64,000 bases of DNA. It comes from a virus. Positions 60,401 to 64,000 of this stretch are shown one piece after another. The stretch spans positions 32,001 to 96,000 of the IMG/VR virus record IMGVR_UViG_3300029374_000001; one strand, 5' to 3'. The translations under genes and the position numbers were made by a program. Positions within the stretch are counted from its first letter, which is position 1; the number at the start of each line of letters is the position of its first letter. The notes beneath the pieces were generated by a model. That model saw only the letters and a list, made by a program, of their open reading frames with translations, made no database searches and had not been told where the DNA came from.

Positions 60401-63400
60401 CTACAGGAACAACATCCGTTAGAATATGAACCAAATCTTCTCCATGTAAGAACTTGATGCCCTGATGTTTATAGATCGTATCCTTTTCTGTTGTATCTAT
60501 CTTAAACCGATATTGATGAACAGTAGCTGGAGTCGCTGTTACTGTCAGATCAGAATGTACACTAAACAATGGTTGATGGCCAGATTTCTGTACAGCTGAT
60601 CCTGTAATATGATGATTTCCGGGATCATATCCTTCATCGGCTCTTATTGGAATCAAAATAATCGCACCATCTGGTACATCTAAAGAATCTGTATAATAGT
60701 TACCTAAGTATACAACAGTAATTGTTTCATGAGGTTGCTGAACAATTGTTATATGTCTCATAATAGGAGCAGCATCAGTAACATATAATGAGCAATCACT
60801 CTTAATGGTATATGTACCATCTACATGATCAATAACATCTCCATCAAAATAGATATTTCCTGCTGTATATCCGGCATCCGCCGTTACCGATGCACTAATT
60901 GTATCGCCATGTGTTACGGTAACTGATTGTCCGGGATTATAAGTAATTCCTTTATAAACAACCTTAACCGTCTGGTGTTGATACTGAGGAACAGAGATAA
61001 CATACTTCTTAAGTTCATTAGCGGATGCTGTCAATGTAACATCGCCCGTTACATAAAACCGTCCAGATTCTATAAGATCATATACACCCGTTATATTTAC
61101 AGTATTTGTTGTATACCCAGTATCTGCACTATAAAAATAATCAATATGATCTCTATAATAGGCATCAAACGATGTGCTAAGAATATTGTTATTATTAACT
61201 CGGCATACTACATGACCATGTGGGGCATGTACTAAGGTAATATGATATTTCTTTCGAGTAGCCTTAGTGGCTCTAATCATACAATCTCCAATAAGATTAT
61301 ATTTATTACCAATTTCCAGCATCATTTCAGGAGCGGGAATAATTGAACCCGCATTAAATCCTGTATCTGCACTAATTTCTACCCATATAGGAGAATTGTA
61401 TGCTGTATATGCAGAACCGTTTGTAATCTGTCTAAGAACTCCATTATAGTAATACGTTACTTTAATGGTCTGATGATCTGAAGGAACAATAGAGAATTTA
61501 AATTTCTTAATATCTACTACAGCTGTACTCTGAATATTTACATCTCCAGTAATTACCCATCCGCTGTCAGTCTTTGTAAATCCTCCAGTAACGGTATAAT
61601 TATTAGAGTTATCTATAGTATATCCAGCTTCTGGAACTACTTTAATTGATGTAATAGTAGAATTGTATGGGAACGTTTTATTTACACTATACGTATTTCC
61701 ATTAACCACATACTCAATCTTCTGATGAGGTTTAGTCTGTAAAGTAATTTGATAATTCTTAGGTGTAGCCGCAGTAGCAGATAATATCGTTGTATCTGTA
61801 ACGATTATAGTAGGCTGAGGTACATGTCCAGGATTATAGTGTTCATTAGTCGATACAACTTCTACTGTAATGGTATCACCATTCTTAACTATGAAATCTG
61901 TATAATATTTCTTACCATTATACGTTACAACCAACTTCTGATTGGGATACTCTGGAACAACTACTTTACACTTAGCTAATTTAACTGGAGTAGCTTGCAA
62001 TGTAATGGTATGATCTACAGTAATCTCTGCATTCTCGGGAACATTTAGCGTACCTTTGATATACTTATCGGAATCTGCTAAAGTTAATGTAGCTTTAATT
62101 TTAGCTCCCTTGGGAACTACAATACTTTTAGTTGTCTTCATTCCGTTATACTCCACAGTAATTGTCTGATTAGGAGATTGTATAATATGAACCACGCAAT
62201 GAGTAATCTTATTTTCTTCATCCAAATGATTCAAGAAGAACCATTCAAATTCTTCTGGTTTCAAATTGAAATGTCTAAAGTTAGTTGCTTTAACATTGGG
62301 AGTTAAAGACAATTGTGTATACAATGGTTCATCTTTATGAGGATGAGCCAAATCAATCATAATCTGTGGTTGTGTTTCATCCAACTCATGATAGTGAGTA
62401 TACCAATCACAAAAACGTTCTGTTTTCTTATCTCCATCTAAGAAGTCTGTTAATAATATACCAGAGTCTATTTTAACTTCATCAGATGCATAGAACTGTA
62501 TATCATTATAAGCAGTTCCATTTAACTTTTCAGTAGATTCTGCTTGAGAAGTTTTATAGTTTAATACTGGTCTTAATCTTCCAGGTACATATCCTTTATC
62601 CACTTCTAGCTTAGAAGTATAAGAACTTCCATAAGGCACTTCTACAGGAGAATTAGCAGATGTATATGTATTAGCCCCTACAGTAACAGATACTTTCTGA
62701 TGAGCATAAGAAGGAATATAAAACTTTACTTTCTTCTGAGATACAGAAGATACTGTTAAAGTTAACGTTAATGTAGATAAATCAAAACAAGGAGATCCAG
62801 AATGAATTGTATATGGCTTATTCACATCATGATCTTTAATTGCTCCTGGAATATAACCAGGCTTTGTCAATTTTGCTTCTACAAAGTATTCTGTATCATA
62901 AGGGACTGTATATGTCTTATCTGCTGTAGTAGAAGAAGAGTATACACCATGAGTAGATACAAAAGATATAATTTGATTAGTCGTCTTAGGAATCTTAATT
63001 GTACATGTTTTAGGAACAGCTTCTTCTTTTGCATAGATATATTTATTCTTAAAGATCTTATGCTTCTTATTGTCTATATTCTTTAATACAGACTTTGTAT
63101 ATCCTTCTTCTCCAACTAGATCTACAGAATATTGTGAATTTATTTTTAATGTAACTACTTCTTTTTTCTTTAGTACTTCATCCACTTCTCCAGCTCTATT
63201 ATATGTAGTCACCTGGATATACTGATGATTATATTGCTTCAATACCAAATGAGCAACAGAAGAAGTAGCAGGTGATGCATATATAGTTGTATTCGAGTCT
63301 AATACTCCAGATTCTTTATTTAATCGTCCGGCAGTATATTCTTCAGAGTCTGCTTGAATAGATGCTCTATATTTTGTAGACTTAGGAAGCTTAGTAGATG

Positions 63401-63434
63401 TAGTTAGATCTATATGCTCTGCCACTATATTCAC
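57492..63434 (-). CDS. giant 1980-aa protein: N-terminal array of Ig-like ~95-aa repeats plus C-terminal ~700 aa of DUF285/BspA-type leucine-rich repeats. Putative adhesin or fibre
   Basis: repeats 'KKY(H/V)I(T/S)(L/V)..(P/A)(H/Q).HQ...V.Y.G..Y'. C-terminal 'LDLSSWNIGDKLISIAYLFKKCKNLVKVNLPAWNSTTNAKRIENLFEGCEKLTSIDLSKWN' tandem units are typical of the Mycoplasma-lipoprotein/BspA LRR family. Confidence 0.6.
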   Translation of the reverse strand: MNIVAEHIDLTTSTKLPKSTKYRASIQADSEEYTAGRLNKESGVLDSNTTIYASPATSSVAHLVLKQYNHQYIQVTTYNRAGEVDEVLKKKEVVTLKINSQYSVDLVGEEGYTKSVLKNIDNKKHKIFKNKYIYAKEEAVPKTCTIKIPKTTNQIISFVSTHGVYSSSTTADKTYTVPYDTEYFVEAKLTKPGYIPGAIKDHDVNKPYTIHSGSPCFDLSTLTLTLTVSSVSQKKVKFYIPSYAHQKVSVTVGANTYTSANSPVEVPYGSSYTSKLEVDKGYVPGRLRPVLNYKTSQAESTEKLNGTAYNDIQFYASDEVKIDSGILLTDFLDGDKKTERFCDWYTHYHELDETQPQIMIDLAHPHKDEPLYTQLSLTPNVKATNFRHFNLKPEEFEWFFLNHLDEENKITHCVVHIIQSPNQTITVEYNGMKTTKSIVVPKGAKIKATLTLADSDKYIKGTLNVPENAEITVDHTITLQATPVKLAKCKVVVPEYPNQKLVVTYNGKKYYTDFIVKNGDTITVEVVSTNEHYNPGHVPQPTIIVTDTTILSATAATPKNYQITLQTKPHQKIEYVVNGNTYSVNKTFPYNSTITSIKVVPEAGYTIDNSNNYTVTGGFTKTDSGWVITGDVNIQSTAVVDIKKFKFSIVPSDHQTIKVTYYYNGVLRQITNGSAYTAYNSPIWVEISADTGFNAGSIIPAPEMMLEIGNKYNLIGDCMIRATKATRKKYHITLVHAPHGHVVCRVNNNNILSTSFDAYYRDHIDYFYSADTGYTTNTVNITGVYDLIESGRFYVTGDVTLTASANELKKYVISVPQYQHQTVKVVYKGITYNPGQSVTVTHGDTISASVTADAGYTAGNIYFDGDVIDHVDGTYTIKSDCSLYVTDAAPIMRHITIVQQPHETITVVYLGNYYTDSLDVPDGAIILIPIRADEGYDPGNHHITGSAVQKSGHQPLFSVHSDLTVTATPATVHQYRFKIDTTEKDTIYKHQGIKFLHGEDLVHILTDVVPVDGSIHFFNIPRMTLVRVDLVPDAHYVVGKVSYSGPHSDGPGGFKFSAGDMECIVTPATLEKERITLINTDADKQFIKITDKNGVVYTDNFDIEYQEVIYISVVPKDKKIWAAGKYKITGSYTEVTIAGKKAYKITGPCTIKSDPASKRKYKLEAELQSHNKLYVNINGNGTSSDIYTEITTLYPNDIYYDDIIRYKLSTDDPSNYSPGDATVSGAHKNANNTYTVRDNVKIKVSAAVLAKTIRIKKLNSFQGILTIQYTKPDGTLAVETMNSIGSTEGIDCKITSNGKIFVAISPKDERYKKPDNISNDWIEATPSVPMQWIPVNNRSVQIMASANSEVVFKKLKDITANLSGWAYDNIFNYANATTIPADKLAYLNSGLLANNMMCMFAAHPKNELEYTSYDTKLNSIPRLNIDTKYVEIFSYFASYCTHLSNIDLTWLNLSNAITIQRMFGNCESLESIDLSHITTSDKLTNTSGLFEGCKNLTSIKFSASFNTKNVNTAYSMFRYCKKINKIDLSMLNLTNIAKISGMFQDNENLTEIKIPSNFGNNNSMHRIATLFNGCKNLPTDQIVHVIHAMNLSNTYGDLSHIFKDCYKLTNIDISHIGLVSHIDMYNSFSDCIELVSAKLPIIPSTFTVYFESTFSGCIKLTSIDIPNSLNSIKVTGMDYTFYNCKLLSSSVINPILKMVNTNELISANGVFSGCESVTSLDLSSWNIGDKLISIAYLFKKCKNLVKVNLPAWNSTTNAKRIENLFEGCEKLTSIDLSKWNIIIDDMAYELFNRCSSIKVIDIGSFDTLTKLALTNHIFDGCISLKYLIIESTIFKFNLTSDESHIPATCKILVPNDLVLQYQTEPHWLNHASKIEPMEYYTINRPGDGTVSVQSKIKGYCKFINNHGETIGRIAFDKNGTLLLSSPIPSVTDAPAGKHFFGWTFNNAVDYTPAQVEASGFFMIMINNGILDVSLYAVYRT

Positions 63435-63493
63435 TCTCCTTATATAAAGAATTATTGAAATTACTAAAGTGTTTCAAAGCTAAAGAATGTTTA

Positions 63494-63523
63494 TTTCCCA
63501 AGAGCATTATAGCTCTTGGGAAA
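63494..63523. terminator. hairpin TTTCCCAAGAGCATTATAGCTCTTGGGAAA
   Basis: perfect palindrome. Confidence 0.5.
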
Positions 63524-63537
63524 TAATTGATAGCATA

Positions 63538-63945
63538 TTAGTATTTCAGCAAATCTGCAATCTTAACATCTTCTCCCCAAACTTCTTGGAGATCTTCTAA
63601 AGTTAACGGAATAAAATCTTCTTTCTTCAGATAACCACTCATATCTAGTTTCTGAGTACCCAAGATTTCCCAATTATTATCTACAAAAATATATTCTGTA
63701 AATAAGTTATTGAGATGAGCATCTGGTCCTTTGAGCAAATATATTGTGTCTGTAGAAATATTTTCTGTAGGAAGCATATCTACCACTTTGAAAGAAAGCT
63801 TCGGAATTGTAGAAACTTTAGAATCTACATATGTTTTAATTCCTTCAGAAGTTACAGGATTCTTGCTGGATTCTGTCGGAACAGCATCAAATATAAGTTT
63901 ATCCTGTTTAGCTTCTAAATCTTCTTTTTTAACAAAATGATTCAT
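63538..63945 (-). CDS. small tail-fibre paralog (135 aa) with one 'KQDKLIFDAVPTESSKNPVTSEGIKTYVD' repeat and the shared C-terminal 'LEDLQEVWGEDVK' tail
   Basis: repeat and C-terminal tail shared with 21285..22049 and 22077..23393. Confidence 0.5.
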   Translation of the reverse strand: MNHFVKKEDLEAKQDKLIFDAVPTESSKNPVTSEGIKTYVDSKVSTIPKLSFKVVDMLPTENISTDTIYLLKGPDAHLNNLFTEYIFVDNNWEILGTQKLDMSGYLKKEDFIPLTLEDLQEVWGEDVKIADLLKY

Positions 63946-64000
63946 AATTGTATCCAGTGTAGATTTAATATATGCTTTAATAATTTTAATATGAGCATTC

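Overview
This is AT-rich, densely coded phage DNA, almost certainly from a jumbo myovirus-like phage of a low-GC Gram-positive (Bacillus-like) host. Three signals support that host range: near-perfect AAAGGAGG Shine-Dalgarno sites, TTG starts, and sigma-A-like TTGnnA-N17-TATAAT promoters with A/T UP tracts. Most genes lie on the minus strand. Each is followed by a perfect 22-34 bp palindromic hairpin; these belong to a few related sequence families (eg CCATAGA...TCTATGG, GAGTCT...AGACTC).

The window carries pieces of at least two split multisubunit RNA polymerases. A beta-prime C-terminal gene runs off the window at 1..1862. A beta-prime N-terminal gene lies at 49201..51144. A second beta-prime bridge-helix/region-G gene lies at 55185..56438.

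It also carries the C-terminal two thirds of a family-B DNA polymerase at 2749..5352. Two homologous ORF-less group I introns are present, both with recognisable P/Q/R/S core elements. One splits the DNA polymerase motif B (KxxxNS|xYG). The other splits the RNAP beta-prime catalytic NADFDGD motif (FAAD|FDGD).

The rest of the window is virion and accessory genes:
- a head-like module containing an extremely acidic 422-aa protein;
- a PhoH ATPase;
- tail-fibre paralogs built from 'QDKLTFDxxPTxNSDNPVKSKGI' repeats;
- a visibly less AT-rich PGRP/T7-lysozyme-type amidase;
- a 3208-aa Ig-like-repeat fibre protein;
- a tail-collar-domain fibre protein;
- a 1980-aa Ig-repeat protein with a DUF285/BspA-type leucine-rich-repeat C-terminus.

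The best candidates for undescribed biology are four things. First, a six-gene opposite-strand island (38741..43035) of membrane proteins, a beta-propeller and a dockerin-like-loop protein, driven from a divergent promoter with an operator-like inverted repeat. Second, a tandem family of signal-anchored paralogs with two mini-ORF relatives (44527..47230). Third, a ~285-bp x2.3 tandem repeat upstream of that family, each unit carrying a strong UP-TTGTAA-N17-TATATA promoter (a fourth copy is at 48905). Fourth, a near-identical 'EYSLEDECNxYMES' peptide module shared by two head-module proteins.

No rRNA, tRNA or CRISPR was found.
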